From contig CAZXEQ010000001.1 of assembly GCA_964640155.1 (NCBI GenBank), positions 588,978 to 620,977 of the forward strand: a stretch of 32,000 nucleotides of DNA, written 5' to 3'. The stretch comes from an uncultured bacterium. Lineage in GTDB: Bacteria > Auribacterota > JACPWU01. Below, one piece after another: positions 1 through 7,112 of the stretch. How positions within the stretch are numbered: position 1 is the stretch's first letter; the number at the start of each line of letters is the position of its first letter. Made by a program: the position numbers and the translations under genes. The notes under the pieces are model-generated. The model did not search any database and had not been told where the DNA came from. It saw only the letters and a list, made by a program, of their open reading frames with translations.

Positions 1-2586
1 ACTGACAATAACGTTTGGAAGAAAGGGCGTTGCTTCCGGCCCCTCTCGATGAACAATAAAGTTCTCCCCATATTCGATGGCCTCTGGAACATCCGTATAG
101 GCATTCAAACGGCCTGTGTCGGTGAAGAAGGGCTGGTCTTCATGAATCTGTTCCCAAAAAGGAACTCTGGGGTATGTTCTAAAGAGCATCAGGGCACCGC
201 CAGGGGGCCCATATTTTCCAGCCATAATATCTTCAAGCTTGTATCCGGCCGTCGTTGTAGAGGAATCAAGAAGTCGTTGAATGTAAACTTCCCGCTGTCC
301 CTCCAGTGCGAATTTCCAATAATCGTAGAATCGATGATCCTGCGTGATTTGGCCCAGTTTCTCGGCAATCCCAGCCAAAATCATAATATCGTCTCGACTG
401 TCAAAGATGGGCTTAATCCCGCCTTTCCAAATCTGCAGAAAAGGGTTGGAGCAGGAAGCCGTTACCTCAAGACCCTCGAACTCCATCCAGCTATTGGCTG
501 GGAGGGCAATATCGGCATATTCTATGGAGGCCGTCATTTGAATATCAACGGAAACAATCATCTCCACATTTGGATTCACATTTTTAATCATGTCGTAGGC
601 GTGCTTCGCGTTATTGATGAGATTGACATTGGTAAAGATCATGGCCTTGGTAGGTGAGGGCATATGCGTCTGGCCCGTAAAGACCTTCCTTCCCTCACTG
701 GGTGTGTCCACGATAAGAGGCCGATCGCCGTGATTCCAATACGCGGGCTCCTCATCCTTGCAATACCCTTTAACATGCACATCTTTCCCAGGGGCATTAG
801 GATCTAAAAGCGGATGAAACGGATCTTCGGCGACCCATCCTTTAAATCCATAACCCGTCCAAGGGGATCCTTGGAACAAAGCGGCCTTATAGTTTCCGGC
901 CCACGTGTGGCAGCCCGCACCGGGTTTACCAATATTTCCCGTGAGCATCAGAGGCAAATAGGCCGCGCGGTTCATTTCAGTCGCATGAAACCAGTGATTG
1001 ATTCCCTCTCCTTGATGGATGGCCGCTGGTTTAATCGTCGCAAGATCTTTGGCCAACTGTTCGATCAGATGTTTTGGCGCTTTCGTTATATCAGCGACAC
1101 TGTCCAAATCGTAATCCTTCAGATGAATCTCATAAAGAGAAAAGAGTGTCATCACCTCCACTTCTTTTCCGTCAATCATCTGAACTTTGAATTTTCCCTG
1201 AAGGGCAGGTCTGATCCCTTTCTTGGCAAATTGCTCGCCAACATCGTCTCGGGTTAACGCGGCAGGTGCATTTCTTAATTCATCCCATACTACAAAATCC
1301 CCGAGTTTCTGATACTGCTCATCTTTCAACCCCTGATACTTGAAACTCGGACCCTCTTTTGAAAGGCCCAGAGCATAATCTTTGAAGATTTCATGCGCCC
1401 TCAAGCGCTTTAAATTGTCCGTACGCACAAGCAATGGAAAATCCGTGAACTTCTCGATAAAATCCCGATCATACCAGCCTCGATCGATCATAAGACGAGC
1501 AACTCCGAGAAAAAACGCAGCATCCGTCGCCGGGCGAATGGGAATCCAAGTGTCTGATTTCGTTGAAGGCGGGCTATATTCGGGGGTAATCGTCACAAGC
1601 TTTGCCCCACGCTCCATACACTCAATAAACCAATGGCTGTCTGTAATTTTGTTTTCGACAAGATTTTTTCCCTGCTGAATAATCAGTTTACTGTTTCGAA
1701 GATCGTTGAAATCGCAATCAGAGGCCTGAAGGCCATGAACCCAGGGATGTCCAGGCGCCTGATCCCCATGCCAGGTATAATTGGACCAGATCCGGCCGGC
1801 TTTTGCGTCCTCTTCCTTCACGCCGCGCACATGCGTGTCAAGGATGGCCATCGTATTTGCCAGGCGATACATTCCATATTTTCCAAAAACGCCGAGAAGT
1901 CCCATCCCGCCACGAAATTTCATGGTTCTCATCCCAGATCCTTCCATTGGAGCAAGCATCTCTTCCGGATACCCTTGCTCAAGTAACTTCTTTTTTCCCT
2001 CTTCACCGCTGTAACGCTTTGAGATGGCCATGAGACCTTTCGCAATATAGGTATTCGCTTCATCCCATGAGACTTTATCTAAAGTATCTGTTCCTCTGGA
2101 ATCAAATTTGTATTTGGACTTACACTCGGGTGTTAAGTCTGGAAAGCCGGCATCCGCCCATTCCTTCCAGCCTCGGCGAATAATGGGGTACTTAAGCCGA
2201 TAAGGTCCGTACATCAATCGATGAAATGTGAAGCCCTTTTCGCATTGACGCGGATTCCAATTGGGGGTCGCCTTGTTCCCGTAGAGATCCCCATAAGTCT
2301 CATAGTCATATTGCGACCCCAGGCGCACCACGATGCCGTTTCTAACAAAAGCCTTAGCTCGACATGCGTGGGTATCATTGGGAGAACAAACCCAGGAGAA
2401 AGCGCTATCGTAACGATATTGATCTCGATAAATTTTCTCCCAATCTCTGTTGGGATAATACTCTAGAGGATTCGTGATTTCTGGAATAACCTCAAGAGCC
2501 GAAAGCGAAAGATTTTTCAGTCCCAGGCTTAAGCCAATCGCCGCAGCGCCAGTTCTTTTGATAAATTGCCTTCTCGTGATTTCCAT
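1..2586 (-). CDS. nxrA: Tat-exported type II DMSO-reductase-family molybdopterin oxidoreductase alpha subunit, NxrA/NarG-like (nitrite-oxidoreductase type). Only the N-terminal 862 codons are in the window; the gene runs off the left edge.
   Basis: Absent from the supplied ORF track because it has no stop inside the window. I checked every plus-strand triplet in phase with position 1 from 1 to 2586 and found no tta/cta/tca, so the minus frame is open throughout. ATG at 2586-2584, with AGGAG (revcomp of 2593-2597) upstream. The N-terminus MEITRRQFIKRTGAAAIGLSLG is a twin-arginine signal. WVCSPNDTHACRAKAFVRNG gives a C-x3-D-x3-C motif at the FS0 [4Fe-4S] position, where NarG has H-x3-C-x3-C. 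YTWHGDQAPGHP aligns, from my memory of NarG, with WYSDLPPASP, which contains the Mo-ligating Asp. The TGRLNAY block normally lies about 240 aa before the C-terminus in NarG and sits here near residue 838, implying a full length of about 1100 aa or more. Confidence 0.8.
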   Translation of the reverse strand, partial: MEITRRQFIKRTGAAAIGLSLGLKNLSLSALEVIPEITNPLEYYPNRDWEKIYRDQYRYDSAFSWVCSPNDTHACRAKAFVRNGIVVRLGSQYDYETYGDLYGNKATPNWNPRQCEKGFTFHRLMYGPYRLKYPIIRRGWKEWADAGFPDLTPECKSKYKFDSRGTDTLDKVSWDEANTYIAKGLMAISKRYSGEEGKKKLLEQGYPEEMLAPMEGSGMRTMKFRGGMGLLGVFGKYGMYRLANTMAILDTHVRGVKEEDAKAGRIWSNYTWHGDQAPGHPWVHGLQASDCDFNDLRNSKLIIQQGKNLVENKITDSHWFIECMERGAKLVTITPEYSPPSTKSDTWIPIRPATDAAFFLGVARLMIDRGWYDRDFIEKFTDFPLLVRTDNLKRLRAHEIFKDYALGLSKEGPSFKYQGLKDEQYQKLGDFVVWDELRNAPAALTRDDVGEQFAKKGIRPALQGKFKVQMIDGKEVEVMTLFSLYEIHLKDYDLDSVADITKAPKHLIEQLAKDLATIKPAAIHQGEGINHWFHATEMNRAAYLPLMLTGNIGKPGAGCHTWAGNYKAALFQGSPWTGYGFKGWVAEDPFHPLLDPNAPGKDVHVKGYCKDEEPAYWNHGDRPLIVDTPSEGRKVFTGQTHMPSPTKAMIFTNVNLINNAKHAYDMIKNVNPNVEMIVSVDIQMTASIEYADIALPANSWMEFEGLEVTASCSNPFLQIWKGGIKPIFDSRDDIMILAGIAEKLGQITQDHRFYDYWKFALEGQREVYIQRLLDSSTTTAGYKLEDIMAGKYGPPGGALMLFRTYPRVPFWEQIHEDQPFFTDTGRLNAYTDVPEAIEYGENFIVHREGPEATPFLPNVIVS

Positions 2587-2595
2587 TGCAAACTC

Positions 2596-4275
2596 CTATT
2601 GTTGAAGTTCCAAATCGTTCCATATAGAAATCATCTTTTGACCATTTCGATCCTTTTTGGAACCGTCCCAAATCGCAAATGCAACATTTAAAGGAGTTCC
2701 AAGTTCAAATTGCAATCTTTCTTTTTCCTTGGTCTTCAGCTTTCTTTTGAATACCACTTGCCATGTCCCATCCCTCCAAATTCCATGAGCCTCGATGTTT
2801 TCAAACTGGGGTTTCATCGTTGTCAGAGTTCCCAGCCCCTTGGCGCGGGCTTCTTCAGCTGAAGATTTACTCAGGGGATTTGAAAGAGGATTTCCAGCGC
2901 CCCACCCCGTAATAAATTTGGGGTCATGAAATTGAGTCTTAGAATCCTTTGTTTCAAACGGACTGCCATACTCATAGTTCTTTTGGGCCTCGTACCAATC
3001 CGTCGCAGTATTTGGGTATTGCATTTCAACATCTTTCCATTCCTTCATGTCTTCCTGCCGAGATGCCTTCCAATGCCAGATGGATACTGCACTTTGAGCA
3101 CTCCCCATTCCAAAAAAAGGCGGATCTTCTTCCGTAGAAAATTGAATGGCGGCCCCATCTGAAAAAGACTGCGGATTTAATGTCGAGATATCCTTAGTCC
3201 GATCTTTCCAACTTAAGCGAATCTCGATTTCTTCTTCATTATACGAGACGCTCACATCAACACCCTCAATCCTGTCGTCTCTCCACCATAATGGGGTTAA
3301 AGCAACAAAGGAAGGCTTTGCCGTTTTCCAGTAAGCCGCTTGAGGATTGAGATCCAGTTTCTCCTTTGTTTTTACAGCAATGATCGTCATCCGACGTATG
3401 ATAGAACGCTCCTCGGCCCCTGGTTGCGGAAGGGTTTGCACAAAATGAATTAAATCCCAGATCTGATCTTCTTTAAGAGCTTTGGCGTAACTTGGCATGG
3501 GAGAGCCCGGTAAACCTGCAACGATCCGATCATAAAGAGCGCTCGAATTTGATTCCCCTTTAAAAATGCCAGATGTAAGGTCTCTGGGTTTAGTGGGAAA
3601 GCCCAAACTGTCCTTCATCGTTTGCTGTCCATCTCCCTTACCTTCCTGGCCATGACAAGAAGCGCACGCCTTTACAAAAAGTTCTTTCCCCCGCTGAACA
3701 CTCTGTGGATTGGCCGGAGATTCATTCGGCACTTGAATCACAGTTTTGGGATCCACGGACGTCGTCAGCATTTTCTCGATTGTCTTCCAAGAAACCTCCT
3801 TCACATCCGGGGAAATCTCTCCCGTCTTCACGTGATTTTGATATTCTGCCAAATACCTCACGTAATAGACCAAGGCCCAGCGGTCTTGATCACTCAAGTG
3901 CTCCCAAGAAGGCATCGAAGAACCCGGCATTCCCCTCGTAATCGTCTTGAACAAGTCTTCGTTGGTTGCCTTCATTTGAGTTGTCGAGACCAAACGAAAT
4001 TCATTTCGCGTAAAATCACGCGGTTTCGGATAAAGAAGATAAGAGGCTTGGCCCTCCCCCGCTCCTTTCTCCCCATGACAAACCGCGCATTGTTTTTCAA
4101 ACAAGGCCTTACCCTTCATAAATGCTTCCCGTGTCGGAACGGGTTTTTCAACGAGAAATGTATCAGCGCTTCTTTCGGATTCTTGCGCAAAAACAAAAAG
4201 GGGGAAAGCCGTAAATAATAAGAAAACGCAAAGGCAGGTCACTTGCACAAAAATTCTTTTGCGGCCTTGAATCAC
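2596..4275 (-). CDS. Sec-exported fusion protein with two class-I c-type cytochrome domains and a C-terminal NxrC/EbdC-like (EB_dh, DMSO-reductase gamma-subunit type) heme-b domain
   Basis: 559-aa ORF. GTG start at 4275 with AGAGGG 8 nt upstream. Hydrophobic signal ending FVFAQES. Two CxxCH motifs (CAVCHG at about residue 63, CASCHG at about 204), each followed by a CcoP-like Met segment (GMPGSSMPSW, GLPGSPMPSY). Residues from about 297 to 559 carry DGAAIQFS...PPFFGMGSAQSAVSIWHWKA, typical of the heme-b-binding gamma subunits of type II Mo enzymes. The stop lies 9 nt upstream of the nxrA-like ATG. Confidence 0.75.
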   Translation of the reverse strand: MIQGRKRIFVQVTCLCVFLLFTAFPLFVFAQESERSADTFLVEKPVPTREAFMKGKALFEKQCAVCHGEKGAGEGQASYLLYPKPRDFTRNEFRLVSTTQMKATNEDLFKTITRGMPGSSMPSWEHLSDQDRWALVYYVRYLAEYQNHVKTGEISPDVKEVSWKTIEKMLTTSVDPKTVIQVPNESPANPQSVQRGKELFVKACASCHGQEGKGDGQQTMKDSLGFPTKPRDLTSGIFKGESNSSALYDRIVAGLPGSPMPSYAKALKEDQIWDLIHFVQTLPQPGAEERSIIRRMTIIAVKTKEKLDLNPQAAYWKTAKPSFVALTPLWWRDDRIEGVDVSVSYNEEEIEIRLSWKDRTKDISTLNPQSFSDGAAIQFSTEEDPPFFGMGSAQSAVSIWHWKASRQEDMKEWKDVEMQYPNTATDWYEAQKNYEYGSPFETKDSKTQFHDPKFITGWGAGNPLSNPLSKSSAEEARAKGLGTLTTMKPQFENIEAHGIWRDGTWQVVFKRKLKTKEKERLQFELGTPLNVAFAIWDGSKKDRNGQKMISIWNDLELQQ

Positions 4276-4345
4276 TGGAAAGCCCTCTTTAAAGTTGTAT
4301 AAATATTTCAGAGTTTAATTTTCCATGATTTACAATGAGATAGAC

Positions 4346-4359
4346 ATGATCTAAATCAT
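4346..4359. promoter_or_regulatory. ATGAT-N4-ATCAT palindrome (core TGAT-N4-ATCA), a possible CRP/FNR-family operator upstream of the cytochrome/nxr operon
   Basis: The sequence ATGATCTAAATCAT has perfect 5-bp inverted arms and a 4-nt spacer. It lies 71-84 nt upstream of the GTG at 4275. A third ATGAT half-site is at 4325-4329. Confidence 0.25.
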
Positions 4360-4378
4360 ATTTATAATTTTTAATAAT

Positions 4379-4583
4379 TTAATCCTTATGGAAATGATAC
4401 AAAATTCTCTCTCGATTCTCATTTTCCTCATCACCCTTAAAATAAATTTCTGTCAATGTGATAATATCTTGCACTTCATCATATCCGTAAATAACTCGAA
4501 ACCTGAGTCCATTCCTCTTCCTTTTCCTTTAAGAGACCTGCAGGCGAATTTCTGAGATGATTGCTAGGAAGGCGAAAAGTCAT
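4379..4583 (-). pseudogene. Possible frameshifted remnant of a RelE/ParE-superfamily toxin gene
   Basis: On the minus strand, MTFRLPSNHLRNSPAGLLKEKEEEW... ends at a TGA (4481-4479). The +1 frame across the same spot reads NGLRFRVIYGYDEVQDIITLTEIYFKGDEENENRERILYHFHKD*. FRVIYGYDEVQDIITLTEIY resembles the C-terminal core (g.YRiiY.v.d..i.il.i.h) of RelE/ParE toxins. No intact ORF covers both parts. Confidence 0.3.
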
Positions 4584-4848
4584 TTTAACTTTTATGTACC
4601 AGTAGGATAAAATGGTTAGGTGAGTGTGCCTAGTCTCCTTTTCAAAAACGAGAGCGTCACGTTCTCCATCTTTATCTGGGGCTTCTTTGCGATGACAATA
4701 AAGTAGTACCGGTCTTGTTATAAAATAATAAAAGGGGACAAACACACCTTTTGCAGAGGTTTTAATTTATGATATTCTAATTAGATATTTCCTTGAGACC
4801 TAAAGGAGATTTTCCCTTTTAGAATATAAAAAACAAATAGGATTAAAA

Positions 4849-5817
4849 ATGATCGTTGTTACAGGTGGCGCAGGGTTTATTGGAAGTGCTATGGTGGCCA
4901 AGCTCAATGAGAAGGCTATCACAGATATTCTCATTGTGGATGATTTAGGCTCTTCATCTAAATGGAAAAATCTGATTGGGAAAAATTTTAAAGATTATCT
5001 GCATAAAGATCATTTCATAGATTCTGCTATCAATGACAGACTACCGAAAATTGAAGCTATTTTCCATATGGGGGCAAACTCTTCTACCACAGAAGCTGAT
5101 GTTGACCATTTGATGGAAAATAATTATCGCTATACCAAAATATTGTCCGAATGGTGCATTAGAAAGAAAACACGCTTCATTTATGCCAGCAGTGGTGCTA
5201 CCTATGGAGACGGATCCCATGGCTTCAGCGATGAAGATGAAACTACTTTCAAACTTTCTCCCCTGAATGCTTATGGTTATTCAAAACAGATTCTTGATCT
5301 TTGGCTCTTGCGAAATCATCTCGACAACAAAGTTGTTGGTATAAAATTTTTTAATGTATTTGGACCCAATGAATATCATAAAGGAGAGATGCGCAGCCTG
5401 GTATGCAAAGCCTATGAGCAAATCCAAGAAACGGGCAAAGTTCGACTTTTTAAATCCTATAAACCTGAATATCTGCATGGAGAACAACTTCGTGATTTTG
5501 TGTATATCAAAGATTGTACGGAAGTTTTATGGTGGTTTTTAAACGCTCCTAAAATCAATGGAATTTTTAATTTAGGAACGGGACATGCGAGGTCATGGAA
5601 TGACTTAGCAAAAGCAATCTTCTCGGCGCTTTCTCTCCCCCAAAAAATTGAATACATAGATATGCCTGAAATTTTAATGCCGATGTATCAGTATCGAACC
5701 GAAGCAGAAATTAAAAAATTGAAAAATGTGGGATGTCCTGTACAATTTCAAACCTTAGAAGATTCGGTAAAAGACTATGTGCAGAATTTCTTGCATCCGA
5801 AAAAGAGATATTTATAA
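4849..5817 (+). CDS. hldD: ADP-L-glycero-D-manno-heptose 6-epimerase
   Basis: 322 aa. MIVVTGGAGFIGS Rossmann motif. Collinear with E. coli HldD/RfaD as I recall it (ITDILIVDDL, AIFHMGA.SSTTE, YASSGATYG, YGYSK, FNVFGPNEYHKG.M.S, GIFNLGTG). AGGA upstream of the ATG. Confidence 0.9.
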   Translation: MIVVTGGAGFIGSAMVAKLNEKAITDILIVDDLGSSSKWKNLIGKNFKDYLHKDHFIDSAINDRLPKIEAIFHMGANSSTTEADVDHLMENNYRYTKILSEWCIRKKTRFIYASSGATYGDGSHGFSDEDETTFKLSPLNAYGYSKQILDLWLLRNHLDNKVVGIKFFNVFGPNEYHKGEMRSLVCKAYEQIQETGKVRLFKSYKPEYLHGEQLRDFVYIKDCTEVLWWFLNAPKINGIFNLGTGHARSWNDLAKAIFSALSLPQKIEYIDMPEILMPMYQYRTEAEIKKLKNVGCPVQFQTLEDSVKDYVQNFLHPKKRYL

Positions 5818-5872
5818 TGGTTTTCAACTTTAGATTTAGTTCCAACAATTTTCTTATATAAAAGGAAAGAAA

Positions 5873-6904
5873 ATGAAAAAGAAAGTTCTTTTAAAAGAAG
5901 TAATTCAACAAGTGGATGCCACAAAATTTGATGCAACAGCAATCATTGATGCCATGCGCGAAATGTCTTTTAGCTCACGAGATACGGCACGTGCAGCCGA
6001 TATTTTTTCTAGGATGATTGCCCATAAAGATTGCACCATCTTTTTATCTCTTGCAGGTAGTACCAGTGCAGGGGGTTGTATGAATGTATATTCAGATATG
6101 ATCAAATACAACATGATTGACGCTGTCGTTGCAACCGGGGCTTCCATTGTCGATATGGATTTCTTTGAAGCACTAGGCTTCAAACATTATAAAGGAACTC
6201 CTTTTATAGATGACTCTATGCTTCGCAACAACTATGTCGATCGTATTTATGACACTTTTATTGATGAAGAAGAATTACAGGCTTGTGATGCTACAATTAA
6301 AAAGATCACAGATACTCTTGAACCTCGTCCCTACTCTTCTAGAGAGTTCATACGAGAAATGGGGAAATATTTACAGAAATTTTCAAAGAAGAAAAATTCT
6401 TTGGTCCAACTTGCTTATGAAAACAATATCCCCATTTTTTGTCCTGCTTTTACAGATTCAAGTGCTGGTTTTGGTTTGGTCATGCATCAACATGAGAGAA
6501 TCAAACAGGGAAAACCCTATGTTTCCATTGATTCTGTAAAAGATTTTTATGAGCTGACACAAATCAAAATGAAGGCAAAAACTTCGGGTTTATTTATGAT
6601 TGGTGGAGGCGTTCCCAAAAATTTTATTCAGGATACCGTCGTTTGCGCGGAATGTTTAGGCGTGGAAGTCCCCATGCATCAATATGCCATACAGATTACG
6701 GTTGCAGATGTCCGTGATGGCGCCTGTTCTAGTTCTACATTGAAAGAAGCCAGTTCATGGGGGAAAGTGGATACCATCTATGAACAAATGGTTTATGCAG
6801 AAGCTACAACAGTTGTCCCCTTGATTTTCAGTTATCTGTATCACAATGCGGATTGGAAAAAACGTAAGAAATTCCAATGGACTCAGATGTTTGAAGGAAA
6901 GTAA
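5873..6904 (+). CDS. Deoxyhypusine synthase family protein (bacterial DHS-like / homospermidine-synthase-like)
   Basis: 343 aa with DHS-family blocks: FLSLAGSTSAGG, IDAVVATGASIVDMDFFEALG, PIFCPAFTDSS.G, MIGGGVPKNFIQD. AGGAAAG upstream of the ATG. Confidence 0.8.
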   Translation: MKKKVLLKEVIQQVDATKFDATAIIDAMREMSFSSRDTARAADIFSRMIAHKDCTIFLSLAGSTSAGGCMNVYSDMIKYNMIDAVVATGASIVDMDFFEALGFKHYKGTPFIDDSMLRNNYVDRIYDTFIDEEELQACDATIKKITDTLEPRPYSSREFIREMGKYLQKFSKKKNSLVQLAYENNIPIFCPAFTDSSAGFGLVMHQHERIKQGKPYVSIDSVKDFYELTQIKMKAKTSGLFMIGGGVPKNFIQDTVVCAECLGVEVPMHQYAIQITVADVRDGACSSSTLKEASSWGKVDTIYEQMVYAEATTVVPLIFSYLYHNADWKKRKKFQWTQMFEGK

Positions 6905-6914
6905 AAGTATGTAT

Positions 6915-7040
6915 AAAAGCGTGTACTTTATATATGCGGGTGACACTCGGCGGGGAGCCCCGCCGCGCGCAATTTTTTATGAGCACGGTGGGGCTGACGA
7001 GTGGCAGGCCCTGCTACTTTTTTAAAAGTACACCCTTTTA
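6915..7040. repeat. Copy 1 of a GC-rich structured intergenic element (~125 nt): a 14-bp AT-rich closing stem enclosing two GC-rich hairpins
   Basis: About 80 % identical, by hand alignment, to 11911-12035. Closing stem aaagcgtgtacttt (6916-6929) pairs with aaagtacacccttt (7024-7037) with one mismatch. Hairpin cggcgggg-ag-ccccgccg at 6948-6965. Hairpin ggggctg...caggccc at 6990-7011. The core is far more GC-rich than its flanks. Confidence 0.75.
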
Positions 7041-7077
7041 ATTACAATATCAAGAAAGTAAAAGAACTCTTATCTCC

Positions 7078-7106
7078 TTTAAAAATCAATTCCGCTCTGC
7101 TATAAT
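7078..7106 (+). promoter_or_regulatory. Putative sigma70-type promoter for pilT (TTTAAA-17-TATAAT), which would give a leaderless or near-leaderless mRNA
   Basis: A perfect TATAAT at 7101-7106 ends 6 nt before the pilT ATG (7113). The -35-like TTTAAA is at 7078-7083. There is no Shine-Dalgarno sequence between them. Confidence 0.35.
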
Positions 7107-7112
7107 GATGTC

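Noticed and set aside
49-2466. Plus-strand ORFs in the track (49-657, 344-541, 814-1257, 1382-1678, 1633-1986, 1781-2014, 1803-2033, 2221-2466)
   Set aside because: All lie antisense to the uninterrupted 862-codon nxrA-like frame. Their translations are low-complexity, have no recognisable motifs and overlap one another in different frames. They are shadow ORFs.
2926-4218. Plus-strand ORFs inside the cytochrome/NxrC gene (including the 198-aa ORF at 3622-4218)
   Set aside because: They are antisense to a gene with strong motif support (two CxxCH, EB_dh block). The translations are Arg/Ser/Leu-rich, as expected for antisense frames.
1-4275. Higher GC content of the nxr module than of the rest of the window, as evidence of recent horizontal transfer
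   Set aside because: Hand counts on a few 60-nt lines give about 42-63 % here, against about 23-45 % in housekeeping genes. But third-position GC in the first 82 nxrA codons is only about 38 %, close to what I see by eye in lpxA (about one third). The difference may therefore reflect amino-acid composition (Gly/Ala/Pro/Arg/Trp-rich enzyme). A proper GC3 and codon-usage calculation is needed.
4479-4745. 88-aa minus-strand ORF in the AT-rich gap as a real gene
   Set aside because: It has no Shine-Dalgarno sequence and no recognisable family, and its N-terminal half is unlike any protein I know. Only the frameshifted RelE/ParE-like remnant overlapping its 3' end seems meaningful, and I report that separately at low confidence.
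6990-7002. Hammerhead ribozyme, suggested by CTGACGAG in both repeat copies (and TTGACGAGG in the 22354 element)
   Set aside because: The rest of the catalytic core is missing. No GAAA follows a stem II, and there is no suitably placed cleavage triplet in either orientation. The three-way-junction strands of the 22354 element (tg / gtgaa / aaacgt) do not match the hammerhead core.
6981-7015. Resemblance of ...tgacgag tggcaggccc... to the 3' part of E. coli 4.5S/SRP RNA, and the possibility of a c-di-GMP riboswitch because copy 1 precedes pilT
   Set aside because: The SRP domain IV core (GGAAGCAGCC-type loop) is absent, and an SRP RNA would not occur twice. GEMM-I/II conserved blocks are absent. 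Copy 2 is antisense to its neighbours, which is inconsistent with a cis-acting leader.
6936-7043. Small ORF inside the repeat element. Copy 1 encodes MRVTLGGEPRRAQFFMSTVGLTSGRPCYFFKSTPF; copy 2 keeps the frame open as MRVMLGGEPHRAQLLMSTLGLTSSRTRF...
   Set aside because: There is no Shine-Dalgarno sequence in either copy. The stop is not conserved (TAA versus TAT). Only 3 of about 22 nucleotide differences are synonymous, roughly the chance expectation. GC-rich sequence is naturally stop-poor. The signal fits nucleic-acid structure better than coding.
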